DNA of 64,000 nucleotides from Raillietiella orientalis (taxonomy: Eukaryota), in NCBI GenBank assembly GCA_036172245.1, contig JAYWIR010000039.1, forward strand, positions 248,001 to 312,000, given 5' to 3'. Within the stretch, counting starts at the first letter, position 1. The number at the start of each line of letters is the position of its first letter. The position numbers and the translations under genes are program-made. A model generated the notes under the pieces. That model had not been told where the DNA came from. It saw nothing but the letters and a program-made list of their open reading frames with translations, and did no database searches. Positions 38,021-50,700 of this stretch are shown piece by piece.

Positions 38021-39429
38021 AGATGCTGGGAATGAAGACAATGAGGACTGCGGTGCCACGAACGATGACGACGATGACTCTGAGGAAGGCGATGAAGATG
38101 GAGAGGACGAGGACCAAGTGGAGGGAGCGAGAAGCGCTTGGTTCTCCGGCCTACCCTGCAGCACGTCCCCTGCAGCACGTCCCGATCTCCTATCAGACAG
38201 ACTTCGTGTTCCGGTCCACCCGCTGCCTTTCGGAACCTCTGCGTTCACCTCGGGACTGTGCATCGGCATCGCCGGCATCAGTCGCCCCTCCCGTCTTCCT
38301 CTCCCTTAGCCAGTTTTGTCGGGATCCCAGCACTGCTGCCCTCTCGATCAGTCTTTGCAATACTCAGGACCGGTGTTGCCCTCCAGCTGATTCCGCGCTT
38401 GCGCGCCAGGCCGCTTTGCCGCGAAAGACGGAGGGCGGCTGGTTCACACCTGGTCTTCTTGGGGTGCAGGGCTCGCGCCCCCCTTCGAAAGGCCGTCGGG
38501 CAGATCTTGAAAGCCCAATCCGGTCTGTCTTCACACTCGCGTGGCCCGATGTCCCTCAGAATTAAGAGCGGGTGGGGGGGAAGGGATGGGAGGAAGGAAT
38601 ATTCCTCGCTTCGGTGAGAGCCTCTCCTGCCGGCGGAGGTTTCGGCAGGGGTGCAGCACCCCACCACCAAGGGATAGCGGTGGGACACCGGTAGCGGGGG
38701 TGGGTGTGGTCGGCGGAAATCCGGAAGACAAGGGAACCGCCTAGGTAGCCTTGGGTGTCCCATGGAGCTTCCTCCTCTGTGCCTTCTACTAAATCGTGGG
38801 GCAAAGAAACGGGAGAAAAGAGAGAAGAGAGGGTGGAGGAGTGCAGTGGTGCACGAATGGATGACTGGGGGAGTGGAGAAAATAGTCAAAGGATGCAGAA
38901 TGTGGGAGTGCATGAATGGGGGAGTGGAGGGGAGGCAAGGAGGGGTAAGAGGTGGGTTTTACTCGGCCCAGTAGGGATATTGGCGATCGAGGAAAGGACT
39001 CGTGTCGCTGGGTCCCTGCAGGTCAAAAGGAAAGCCCGAGGCTCGTCTACCCGCTGGTGGGTCGCACTGGGAGCAGAGGCAGAAGGTAGGTCAAGGAGGG
39101 GCGACGGCTGACGGAAGAGCCAAAATAAAGAAGGAGCGGATCGTTGGCTGCCTTTTCGTCTTTTTTTTGTGGCGAGAGGAGGGTCACGGAATGATCACCC
39201 CGTCGTGCCTCTGCAACCGCCGCTCAGCATGCGCATCTTCCTGGTTTGCGCGCCGAGGAGAGGTCGCTCCACTCTGTCCGGCAGGGAGGAGGGCGAAGCG
39301 GAGGATGACCTGCCTTCCGTGCCGACCACGGCCCCGCTGTTGTCTACGGCGACCTTCCCGTCGCAGCGCGGGATCCTAAGGGGACCTGTCTAGGAAGGAC
39401 TCCCGCGGTCGGAAGCAGCGTCACAGCAA

Positions 39430-39730
39430 CGGGAGAGGGGTCTATTTGAGCGTTCCGCTCCTGACGTGATAGGGAGGATCTCGTTATCCCGTCCAGAGGC
39501 CCGGCGCTGGCTGCAAGGGAGCCCCCAGTGGAGCCGAGGTGCCACCCGGCATTGCCAGCGTAGGGCGATGATAGTGGACGCTTTGGAAAACACGACGGGA
39601 TCGCCAGCTTGCCCGAGGGAAAATCCGAAAGCGATTCTCCCAACAGGCGGTGGCCTCTCCACTTCCGGAAGTCCCTGCTGATATCCTCCAAGTCTGCTGA
39701 ATCGGGAAAAGCACCGCTGGAGTAAACATG
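39430..39730 (-). mobile_element. Degenerate fragment of the same zinc-finger-region family
   Basis: ORF 39390-39761 contains IIALRWQCRVAPRLHWGLPCSQRR, matching the LPLKWQ...LHWGLPC motif. Confidence 0.6.
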
Positions 39731-40369
39731 GGACTACTCGCGTCCGGGAGTCGACTGCCATTTGCCGCAGGGTACTGAGCTTCCGGTCGTGTCAGGAGAC
39801 CCAGGACTACGGTAACGCAAACTCACAACCTCCATCCGGACTCGAGTGCGGGAAGGGAAGACGACCGATTCATGGGATGTTCCGCGCGAGTAGGCGCACC
39901 AACCAGTGCTTATTCCAGAGCCACGCCAAGGTCATCGATCCTCCGGGCATGGAGCCGTCATTGCACGAAAGCCGTGGCATGGAGACCCGGATCCTTTCAT
40001 GGGGCCACTGGATCTTTCAGCCTGGCTTCCTATCAGGAAAAGCTCCAGGGGTCTTTCTTCGCAAGCACCATCCACCTGGCGTTCCACTTCATACATAGGT
40101 GGGGAGCAGACCAAGGGGGAAGGCAAGGGGCTCCTTTCGGACAGGAGGAACGTGCCGTTCAGCTAACAGGTCCAACAGGTTCTCCTCCTTTTGTAAGCCG
40201 ACGTCTCCGCAACACGGAAGCTGCCCATGGACGTATCCCAGTCACGTGAAGATGCTGTCAGTGGAGGCCAATCGATTCCAGCTGCCTCGGCCGAGGTCGT
40301 TCCGATCAAGATGGCTGCTGACCTCAGCTGCTGACATACACCCTTGTTCTGAGGCGTGCCAGCTCTAAA

Positions 40370-40720
40370 TGGGCTTCGGAAGACCTCCATGGTGGTCACA
40401 GCAACAGTTGGGAAGGGATCATCTGCGTGGACCTCTACAGGTAACGTGCAGCGGCAGAATGAGGCGGTGGATATGGTGGACTCTTTCTCATACTCGCAGG
40501 GCACCAGTCCGAAACGGGGAATTAGTGCCGCTTCCCTGACGTTTCCCCCTCCACGCGGACGCTTCGTGCACGGGAAGTTCCTCGGAGAAAGTGCTGGCGG
40601 ATTCCAGAGAAGGCACACATATACTTCGGCCGAGTGTCCAGGAAACCCAAGAGGTCCAGCATCTCCAGCAAGGATTACCGCCTTCACGCCGACAGCAAGC
40701 ACTGCAGCTTCACAGCTTGG
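40370..40720 (-). pseudogene. Degenerate non-LTR reverse transcriptase fragment (RT motifs 4-5)
   Basis: Minus strand gives GKRQGSGTNSP (cf. GVRQGCPLSP) in one frame and, about 100 nt downstream in another frame, VEVHADD (cf. YADD). Confidence 0.45.
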
Positions 40721-42283
40721 CTTTGAGTGACCACTCCTTGCATCCTGAAGCAGGTTGGCTCCCTTGGTCTCCCGAGGGACAGCGTGAGCCCGTTCCGCTC
40801 TGGGTATGGAACTCACCACCCTGCACGGATCGCCCAAGCTGCGGGAGATCTATGCAGCCCTCCGCCCGCATTCACGAGCGTGGTGGGACGCCAGACGCTC
40901 GTGTCCCTCCCTCTGGAGATATCACGGTGGTCCATAGGAACCGGGCGCCTACATCCGGTCTCTCTGGTGAGCGCAGCTCCGTGGGTCGCAGTACCAGCCT
41001 CCTGCAGGCAGCGCAACTATGGCGCCTAGCGTCCCTTGAAGTGCGACGAACTACCTCCGGCGTGGCGCCACCTGCTCAATCGCCGAAACGCTCTCCAACA
41101 GACGCTGTCGAGAGTCAGACCGTGGCCTAGAAGCTCGCCTAGCCGTTCTAGGCAGTAGACTCGCTATCCTGGCCCCCAAGAGTGTCGCTTCCGGGGGGCG
41201 AGTCTTCTCCAGGCTGCCGCGCGCGCCCGTAACAGCTCTCGGCTGCTGTGCCTCAGCAGCCGACTTCCCGGATGTGCATCAGGAATAGGAGGCAGAGCCG
41301 GAGCCTTGGATCAGGTGGCGCCCACCCTCAGGTCCCCGACCTCAAGCTCACTTGCTGTCCCACCCCTGAGGAATTTGCGCAGCATCTTCGGGAAGCTTGG
41401 GCAGTTCCCCGGAAGTCTCCAGATGTTAGCACCTTCCCGGCTCCAATTCCATTCCCATTCTGGAATGGAGGTGGTCATCAGTGCGTCGGTATGAGTCAGA
41501 GAAGGGTACCTCAGTCGACCACTTCCCCTTTTCTCGGCGCAGGTCGCCTCCCGTGCATTGATGGTGACAAAAGTGGCTACATTGCAGTCCCGTTTCGAAG
41601 TCGAGAGGCAGAGGGGTGCAACGTCTGCACCCGCATGCGATTTTTAGGGCCTGGGAGCGTCTTCAGTGCCGGGAAGTCCAGGGGGCTTGCCATGGATAAG
41701 ATGAGCTGAGATGCCGGGAGCTACTTGTCCCTGGTGGCATTAAGGGTCAGTTCCCTTTGACCCTCACGTGAGCGAGCCTCATGCACCCAGTGCCCCAGAT
41801 GACTCTCGTCCCCCTTCCACACACACATTCCACCTACCTGGTGGCAGAGAGCAGGACCGTGGCCGTTTGCCACTTATGTCAGCAGCCTCCTTCCTTCTCA
41901 CAAAAGGACATTCCACAGGTGGCTGCGACCGCATCCACGTGGGTCCACCGGCTGGAAGAGGCGATGGCCACCAATTGCAAGCCGCGCACCTCAACGGCCT
42001 CCTTTGGTAGGGAAAATTCCATGTCATGAGTAGTTAGTGGTCACCTTCGCAGTGGCCAGGAGGTTCACACTGAAAAAGACCGCCGCTTGGCAGTGTGCGC
42101 GCTGACGACGAAAACCGCGCCACCCGCAAAGGAAGAAGCAGGGAGCGTTCCACGCGAGGTCAGCTCTACCAGCGAGACCTCGGGGTGAGTCTCTCTGTAA
42201 GCACTCCTTTCCCGGAGACGGAAGCACCAGAAGATCACGAATGCTCGGGGCAAGAGGGGGAGGATGAGAGAGGAAAAGAGGGC

Positions 42284-43933
42284 AGGAGGAGTAAGGGAGG
42301 GAGGGAGGAGGAGGAGGAGGCCTTCAGACGCACCCAACCTAGAAGCGGAAGGAGGCGCCGGACATGGGAGCGCAGAACCGCGTTCGACCTCGCCTCAGAA
42401 ACGACGATACCCGGGCACGGACTCGGCCATGACCCCCGGAGGCCAGTCAGGAACGGGTGCTTTCCCAGGAGGGGCCGAAGCTGGCAGTGGCGAAGACGAG
42501 GCCGCGTTCGTGAGGGGCGACGCAAGGAGTTCTTCGGAGCGCACGGGACATCGGTCAGCGGTTGCCATGGCGCGCGCGGCGGCTGGCGTTCCTCGAGAGG
42601 TGGGCTGATGGATACCCGTTGTGGCCTGCTCGCCAGCCTATCCCTCTCTCTCTCTCTCTCTCACTTCCCCCCGCAATTCTCGCCCGCTTCCCCGTTTCCA
42701 CGGCGACCGGGCGTCGTCGCCGTAACCTCTTTGCTGGAGTCCGAGTGCCCAGAGTTCCTCGCGGGTGGCGTGCCCGGATACCTGTCGCGCGGTAACGGGG
42801 GAAGTTGGCTCGGCTTCCCGAGGAAGCCACGCGCGCACGGCTCCCGTCGCCTCGTAGCGCGCTTTAGCCGTCTTCCCGCAAGCAACTCAACGAGGGAAGA
42901 CTGCAGGAAGGCAAACAAAAAAAAAAAGGAAAGCAGGAGGGAGGAGGAAGAGATTTGGCGCACATGGGCGCGCGGGCGAGGCAGGGGTGCCTCCTGGTGT
43001 CAGCAGGTGCGCGGTGACGACGGTGGCTGCGCCAGAGCGCCTGCAGGAGAACGATGGCGTTTTTCCTTCCCGAGGAAAACACAGGAGGAGGGGGAGTGAA
43101 AGAAGGAAGGAGGTCGGCGACCTGTGGGGGCGCGATCTCTGAGGGCGCTTACGCATCCCTGAGAATCGCACGCCTCCGTCTCCTTGACGACTCCGGAAAC
43201 GCCCGTTCGCTGACGCAGGAGCCGGCGAGGGAAGAGCCAGCTACTGCGCCGCTGAGCCGTCGTCGCCCGGGATCGCTTCCGCCGCGTGCGCAGGGACTCA
43301 GAGTTCAAGGTCGAACGTGGCAGGGACGGGGGAACGGCAGCGCGGTGGAAGCCCGCGCGGACCTGCGCGGCGCTCCTCAACCTTCTCGGAGCGGCTGCTT
43401 CCCGAAGGAGGATTGGGAAGGCACGCTCGGCGCCCGCCTCCTCTGCGCACGCGCGTGGGCAGCTCGATCGGTAGTGCAGGACGAAGGAGCCCAGTGCCGC
43501 TGCCACACGGTCGCCGTGGAAACGGGGAAGCGGGCGAGAATTGCGGGGGGAAGTGAGAGAGAGAGAGAGAGAGGGATAGGCTGGCGAGCAGGCCACAACG
43601 GGTATCCATCAGCCCACCTCTCGAGGAACGCCAGCCGCCGCGCGCGCCATGGCAACCGCTGACCGATGTCCCGTGCGCTCCGAAGAACTCCTTGCGTCGC
43701 CCCTCACGAACGCGGCCTCGTCTTCGCCACTGCCAGCTTCGGCCCCTCCTGGGAAAGCACCCGTTCCTGACTGGCCTCCGGGGGTCATGGCCGAGTCCGT
43801 GCCCGGGTATCGTCGTTTCTGAGGCGAGGTCGAACGCGGTTCTGCGCTCCCATGTCCGGCGCCTCCTTCCGCTTCTAGGTTGGGTGCGTCTGAAGGCCTC
43901 CTCCTCCTCCTCCCTCCCTCCCTTGCTCCTCCT
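42284..43933. repeat. Long inverted repeat: 426 bp arms (42284-42709, 43508-43933) around a 798 bp spacer
   Basis: The arms are reverse complements, with only one mismatch noticed (AGTAAG vs AGCAAG). Identical peptides appear in ORFs 42095+ and 44062-. Confidence 0.93.
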
Positions 43934-45105
43934 TTCTCTCATCACCATCGTTATCTTCGCCGCCGTCACCCTCACGACCGTCGTCTTGACAACCGCTGCC
44001 ATACGAGGAATGCTGCTCGGTGATCGCAGGAGGCGAATTCGGCGGTCGTTGTGGACCATCAAGTTTGGGGAGATGGCGCGAGTGGCAGTCGCGTGAGCGG
44101 AAGCGGTTGCGGCCGCTTCCCCACGAGCGATGGCGCCGACGGCAGTCTATCCGAGGGCGGTGGTCAAGGAGCAAGCAAAACGTGATGGCCCGGTAGCGAG
44201 CAGCTCTTCCGGTGACCTTGCGCGCGCGCAGCCGAACGCTCTATTTTTGGGGGTTGCCACCTTTTGGTTCATCAGAACAGGAGGAGAGACCTCCGTCCCC
44301 GTGAAGTGGGGAATAGGGGGACAGAGGTCGGTTTCCAGGAGGGCCGCAGCCGTGCGACGTTGAGCGGGGGATTCGGCCCGCCACGCGCTCTGCCCCGTGT
44401 CCGGCGGAGGCGGCCCGAGCGAACTCCACCGACCCACCGGCTGCAGGATGCGAGGACCAGCTGCTGCGCCCCTCAGCGTGCCAGTCGCCTATCCTTCGCG
44501 TCACGGGGGTCGGGTGCTCCCGGCTTCAGGACGCAAGCCGCCCACAGACGTCTTCGTGCCATTGTGGAGGACCCCCTCCTCACCCTCGTACCTTGGCATC
44601 ATCCAGTTCGCCGCGAACTGACCCATGGGGAGGTCGGCTTCGCTGCCTCCTTAGCGATCGACGGGCACGACGATCCAGCCGGGTGCCATGAGCGCTCGGG
44701 AAGGAGCAGCAGCGAGCCGAGAGCGTGCATGCGAGGGTTGGTATGCACGCCGCGCCTCGGGGCACTTCTCTCCGAAGCAGAGAGTCCCCCCTCCCCTCCG
44801 GTTTTCAGTGCCTCCCCCATCCATTCAGCTTCGTCCCAAGAGAGGATTCACAGGAATCTTCCGCAGCTTCGTCGCTGCTCCGTACCCGGTCGCGCCGGGG
44901 AACCAAGCAGGCCGGGGACGGGCATCCGCGTGTCCCCAGGGCGCGCGATCCGGGGAACCAGGACTCGCAGGTCGCCGACAAAGAGGGGGAAAGCGCGCTC
45001 GGCGGCGCGCGGGGCGCGAGCGGGCGGCGGGAGGCACAAAAATCAGGGAACGGATCCGGGCACGCGCGGGGCGGGGAAACGTCGGTCACCTCCGGGAAAC
45101 GGGCG

Positions 45106-46580
45106 TTGCCACCCGGATACGCCAGGACGTTTATTCAAACTCTTCATATAGTCATGACAATACGTGGTACAAGGCCCCACTAACGGCCAACATTTAGCAG
45201 GACCTGCCGGGACGCAGACCAGCGTGACTCTCTTCGGCAGTGGAAGGGGATGGGAAAAAACAAAAAGGAAAATAAAACAAACAATACAAAAAAAAAAAAA
45301 GAGTTTGGAGGGTCGGGAAGGGATCACTGACCACTAAGAGGAGGGTCCATCCTTTGCAGGATGCCCTCGATGTCCTCCTTCAGTCTACCCAGCTGGTGCC
45401 ATCCGGTAGCTCTCTGCAGGAAGCGAACAGCATATGGGATGACGTCCGTTACGATAGAAACTTCATCTTCGGCTTCACTCCACGCTGCCACAATCCCTCG
45501 GATGCAGCAAAGTGCTTCCAGGGCTGAGGCTGGCTGCAGGGCGTCCCGCACGAAGAGAAGGCTGTAAACGTCTCTGGGGTTGCCGCCAACCGGTATCCCA
45601 AGGGTCGTCCCGAAACGTTCCCATAGGGGCCGGAGGGCAGGACAGTCAACTATCAGGTGGGGGAGGGATTCCCGTTCCCCGCACCTGACACAGTTCGATT
45701 CACTCTCCCCCGTGTCCAGTGGAAGCGACGCGCATTGCAGGATAGACCCCAATGCAACAGCAGGAGCTCCGTTTCCTGCCACTTTAGGGGGAGGATCCTC
45801 GTTTCCTTCAACACTGGGGGCCACATCAGGTCATCCGTCGAGATGTCCAGCAGCTCTCCCAGGGAGGAATACCCGGGCCCTCTCCCTGAAGTGGCAGGAG
45901 TCGGCGTTTCTGGTGCTGCATTGGGGACTCCCCAGAAACTCCCGCCGCTGGACGAGGGGGACTGTGGACCCGAACTGTGTCAGGTGCAGGGAACGGGAAT
46001 CCCTCGCGCACCTGCTTCTTGACTGTGTTGCCCTCCGGCACCTGTAGTTGCGTTTCGCAACGGCCCTTGGAGCATCCATGAACAATCCCAGAGACGTATT
46101 GAAGCGCCTCTTTGTGCGTGACGCTCTTTAGCCTTCCGCAGCCCTTGCAGCCTACGAGGGATTGTGGCGGGTTGGAGCAAGCCACTGGTGGACCTAACGA
46201 TAGGGACGCCATCTGCTCCGCCCTTCACTTCCTGAGGACGGCAGTCGGATGGTCCCGTCTGGGAAAGTATGCGGACTGAACTTGCCAGCATCCTGGAAAG
46301 GATGTAGAGGACGACCACAGGGCGGAACGTGATCCCTTCCCTGATTCCTCCCTGCTTTTGTAAATAGTGTTTTTTTGTTTTTATTTGTCCCTTCCCCTTC
46401 CGCTGCCGAGTCGAACTCGTCGGCCTGCGCGCTGTCTACTCGGCAAGTTCAGAATTTTTATCGGACGCTGTAGGGGGGCAATGGTCCTACAGATGCTTGT
46501 TTGTTTTTTTTTTACAAAAATAAACGCCCCGGTGCACCCGGGTGTGAAAGCAGCTCTCCCCATTTCGTAAGGCCTCGCGG
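45106..46580 (-). mobile_element. 5'-truncated subfamily 1 retrotransposon, split by the insertion at 45861-46548
   Basis: RGLTKWGELL (about 46550-46578) continues across the insertion as GELLDISTDDLMWPP..LPLKWQ..LHWG..NCVRCGERESLPHLIVDC..LFVRDA (ORF 45324-45824). Terminus AATAAACGTCCTGGCGTATCCGGGTGGCAA at 45106-45135. Confidence 0.85.
45861..46548 (+). mobile_element. 5'-truncated subfamily 1 retrotransposon nested antisense, perfect 12 bp TSD
   Basis: LSLKWQESAFLVLHWGLP..PNCVRCRERESLAHLLLDC. Terminus AATAAACGCCCCGGTGCACCCGGGTGTGAA. AGCAGCTCTCCC at 45849-45860 and 46549-46560. Confidence 0.9.
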
Positions 46581-47369
46581 AAGGACTCTCTGGGAGTGCA
46601 AGGGCAGCAGCCCCTGGCCGCCACCCGCCTCGGAAGAACTGGAGGTCTCGCGAGCGGATCCGCTCGCCCACTGACGTCTCAGGCGCTGGTTGCTAGGGGA
46701 AGAGGTTCTCTGAGCAACCAGCGCCACCGGACCGTCCAGAACGAAGCGGTGGGAACCACCTCTTCATCCAGGGAAATGCCGAGGTCGCCCGCCCTCCGGA
46801 GCGGTCTTTGGAGGAGAGCGCTTGGCGCTGCGGCGTCCGAAAGTTCCCGGACCGACCTGACTGTGGGTTCGCCGGCTCCTGCCACGCGAAAGGAGGTCCC
46901 AACTCCTCCCACACAGCCCAACTCCGCGGCCTTTGTGGTCCCGGCGCTCCCCTTGGGGAGGGCGGCTCGGCGTCCGCCCACTCCTCGGGGCACGGTCGCC
47001 CGCCCTCCTGCGGGTCCGCTGCCCCAAGGCGTGGAACGGGACGAAGGAGGGACGCGCCCGCCACGCGCTGCACTTCGGCGGCGGGCAGGGGAGATGCGTC
47101 CACGCCTGCCCTTCGACCTGCCGCGGTTTCCGGGAGGGCGGGAGGCGCTGCTCTCTGGTAGCAGGGAAACCCTGTTGCCGCGTATTGCTACTGGAGGAGG
47201 AGCAGCGAAGCGTCCGGTAGGATGATGGACGTCACTACTCCATCCAGGAGGATGTCAAGAGTCTCTGCCTCCTGCTTCCCCTGGAGCCGTCCGACTGAAT
47301 TTCTCTGGGGAAGCTCACCAGACTTAGGGAAAGGATGAGGTTGGTGTGAGGGAGAGAGAAGGAGAGAAA

Positions 47370-47780
47370 GGTGATCTGCACTGTGCAGGAATTAGGAGAC
47401 TTTCGTTTCCAGGAGATAAGGAGGCAGCAAAGAAATGAGGACCGTGAACTTTTGACTGGATCTGTCTGTAGTTTCCGATCTTATCGCTAGAGGGCAGGCT
47501 AGGCATCAACTGCAGTGCTGGGTGGGAAGGCGAACGATTGCTTTCCACTCCCTCTCTTCTGGGGAGACACATTTTCGCCTTACTCCAAATATCCCACAGT
47601 GTTCATGGGTAAATGAAAATAGAACTATTAGTAAGGTGGATCTCGGAAGAGACTCGTGCGGGAAACAACTGAGATTGGTTGTAGAAAGTTGTTTCCGAAG
47701 ATGGCGCTAGATGGATTGTAGTACTCGACGGGCCATTTCGTCGCTTCCCCAGGATCAAGCATCAGCCAAATCCGAAATTG
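47370..47780 (-). pseudogene. Degenerate non-LTR reverse transcriptase fragment (N-terminal motifs 0-2)
   Basis: Frameshifted PG..WPVEYY (cf. PGPDGxPxEyY), then LQLMPSLPSSDKIGNYRQI (cf. LIPK...NYRPI), then SLLIPAQ (cf. LIxxxQxGF), in the expected order. Confidence 0.6.
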
Positions 47781-50700
47781 GGGCAGCAGCAGAGAATGTT
47801 CTTGTAGGCAGAACTTCTCCTCAGGGGGAATGATTTCTATTTCCGATCTCTGCCCCTTCGATCGAAACAAGGCGAAATATCCCGAGCTTCCCAAGGAACA
47901 CTCCTCCCCTCTGGAAGGATGTGTCTCAACTACTGATTGCGAAGCGACAGGCCGCAAGATTTGGGAGGTCGAAGGGAACGCAGTTGGCAGCACTGCTGGG
48001 GTGCGAGCCTTGAAGGACTACGACTCAAGAACCAGTCCACTCGCCCACAAAGACCGACAGGAAGTACAATGAGAAGTTGTCCCTGGGGCCCTCGGGGTCC
48101 AAAGGCTGCCTCAAAGAAAACCTGAAGGCGAGTCGGAGGCCTTTGAGGGGCTGGGTACCTTGCGGGAGCTCTGTGAGGCTGTCTTCCGTTCCATAGATGT
48201 GCCGCCCTCGAGCGAAGGGCTCTAGGAACGAGGCGGCCGGAGCACGGACCCGGAAAAGCTTCCAGGGAACGGACCAGGAAGCTTCTCGACCCTCAAATGC
48301 CCTCGGCGACTTCCCTTTCTGAAGATCCCGTTCACCTCACGAGGAAAAACCAAAGAGAGTCAGCGCCTGTGCCCAACTCTGGGTCTCACCCTCCCCTTCC
48401 TTCCTCGGACAGATAGCATCTCTGGATGGTCGCAGCTTCTCCGTCGTGGGAGCGGAAGACATCGGATCGAAGTCTGGCGGAGAAAGAAGAAAAAGAAGCA
48501 ACAATGAAACAAAGCGGAATTTCCTTGGAGAGGAGGAAAAGACGATTTTTTTTCTTTCTTGAGTCCTCCGCGGAGACTGGTACCACATATCTTATCTGAG
48601 CACCCGGATGCCTTCCCGCCAACGCCATCCTCTCACTCGCCCTGCTTCGATGCCGACTGGAAAATACCTTTATGGGTCTTCGGCGCCCCGAGGCAGAGGC
48701 CTAAGGAGTGAGACTTTCGCCATCCACTTCGGACGAATCTTTCAAGATAAATGCAGACACAGAATGCCGCAATCTCGTTTTCCCTCGGCGGAGACGGTGG
48801 CTGGGATTTTCCTTCCGCGAGTCTGCGCGCCGGATGAAGCGGATCGATACGGATGGCGGCACAACTGTCCACCATCGATCAGCCTTGGGTATGGAAGAAG
48901 GCGGCATAGGCAGCGACTACCACAAAGGCAAAGACAGACGACATTTTGCTTCCCTCCATCCTCCTCCCCTTCCTTTTCCCTCCTTCCTTCCTTCTCTTCT
49001 TCCTCCTCCCTCTTCTTCTTCCCTTCCTCCTCTTCCTTTCGTTCTTTCTCTTTCTCTTCTTCTTCCTCTTCTCTTCCTTCCCTTCACTTCTACAAAAACA
49101 AGTGTGCTGGCGTCGTCAGAGACTGCAGCTGAGTCTGTGGAGACCGAGAGGGACAAATGCCGCTTTCATGGTCTCAATGGCAACAGGCTGCGGATCTCCG
49201 TGAAGCACGCAGGCGAGGGGAAGGCGTTCCTCCGGGAGGTCGGAGGACTCGATCTGCCCCAAGAGGTGGACGGATGCCTGGTATTCCTAGAACGGAGGGA
49301 GGGTCGAAGGACGGCAGAGCCTCTCCCCCTTCTGGGGTGATCCTCCGTCTTGCCTCCCGGAGCAGGTCAAAGAACTCCCTATCGGGACCCTTGGTGCCCT
49401 CCTATCATAAGAAGCCTGGAAGCTGCGTAGTCCGCCTTCGTGTCGGGACGATCCGGGAGAGGAGGAGCGAGATCTGCCCCCCGGCGAGGAATGCGGCAGG
49501 TTGGAGCTCCTTGGAGGTCTCTCAGTGTCCCCAGGCGGAGATCGAATTCCATCTTCCGTTCTCGTCACCCCTCAAAGGAACGGAACTTCGGCAGGCTACA
49601 CGTCCTCCCTCAAGGAAGCGGTGTCCCTCCCTTTCTGCTTCTTTCTCTCACCCTCCCCTGCGGCCCCGCCTCTCCCTCCCATCCCGCTCCGTCCCGCTTC
49701 CCGGTCCCTTTGAAATATGCATGCCGAAGGACGAGGGACCGATGCTGCTGGCTCCTGCGACCTTCCGGTGTCCAGCAGGGAGAGGTCGCGGTCGCGCGTA
49801 GATCCGTGGAGGAGGAGGACCCGCAGCGACTCCTTGGAGGTGGGTTGCTCCTCCTTCCAAGAGGATGAGGTCCTTCTGGGAGGAGCGCTGTCCCCAGCCG
49901 ATACTCCGTGAAAGTTGGAGCTTCCGGGAAGGGCGTGTTAGGGAACACGGGCGGAAAGAGGGAAGGAATTATCGCCTCTTTTTTTTTTTTTCTTCCCGAG
50001 GCAGATCTCCCACGCTGCCGATCGAACCTCGGCAGTTAGCGCCGGCTTCGCTCCTGTCGGGACGGGGAGAAACTTCCAGAGGTGAGGAAGGAGGCCTCAG
50101 TCGCCAGTCCGCGTCGTGAGGCCTCCCCCGTCTGCAGTCGATGCCCCACTTCCTCCGGACATCCCCACGCGCTTCCCCCCCGAGATGGAGGTTCCCGAGA
50201 GGGCGCGTCAGGAGGCCGCCGCCCATTGGGGAGCGACCTCTGTCGAGGAGCGGGGAGCGCCGGAAGCGCCACAGGGGCGAGGAAAACGGCAGGGTAAGTG
50301 GCAAGCCATGAAAGAAGTGACCGACCTTAGCACGAGCCCTCCACCCGCCGCCGACCCGAGCATGGGCAACGGTATCTCAGCATGGGGTTCGCTTGACCCT
50401 CTGCTCCCTCGACCTCGTCTTCCTTCCAGGCGTCCTCCAGAAAGAGCACTGCGCAGAGAGTTGCTGACACCTTTGTCCTCTCAGTTTCTCGGGTTCCGCG
50501 GAAACCGAAGAGCGCCGAAGGTGATCCCCGCGGAGCCCATGTTGTGACGTGACCGCTTGTCGGGGGTGCTACCAGCCGGGCTCGATCTGGCGCTACAGTT
50601 TTTGCGCATGGCGCGCTCATTCCGGACCCTGAACGTCTCGCTACCAGCTGGGCAGGTTCTGGTGATGAGTGAGGGTATCGCCCTCGTTGCTCCGATGGAG

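Noticed and set aside
37050..38117. 355 aa hydrophobic ORF on the minus strand (also 30845-31400)
   Set aside because: Translation of the purine-rich minisatellite.
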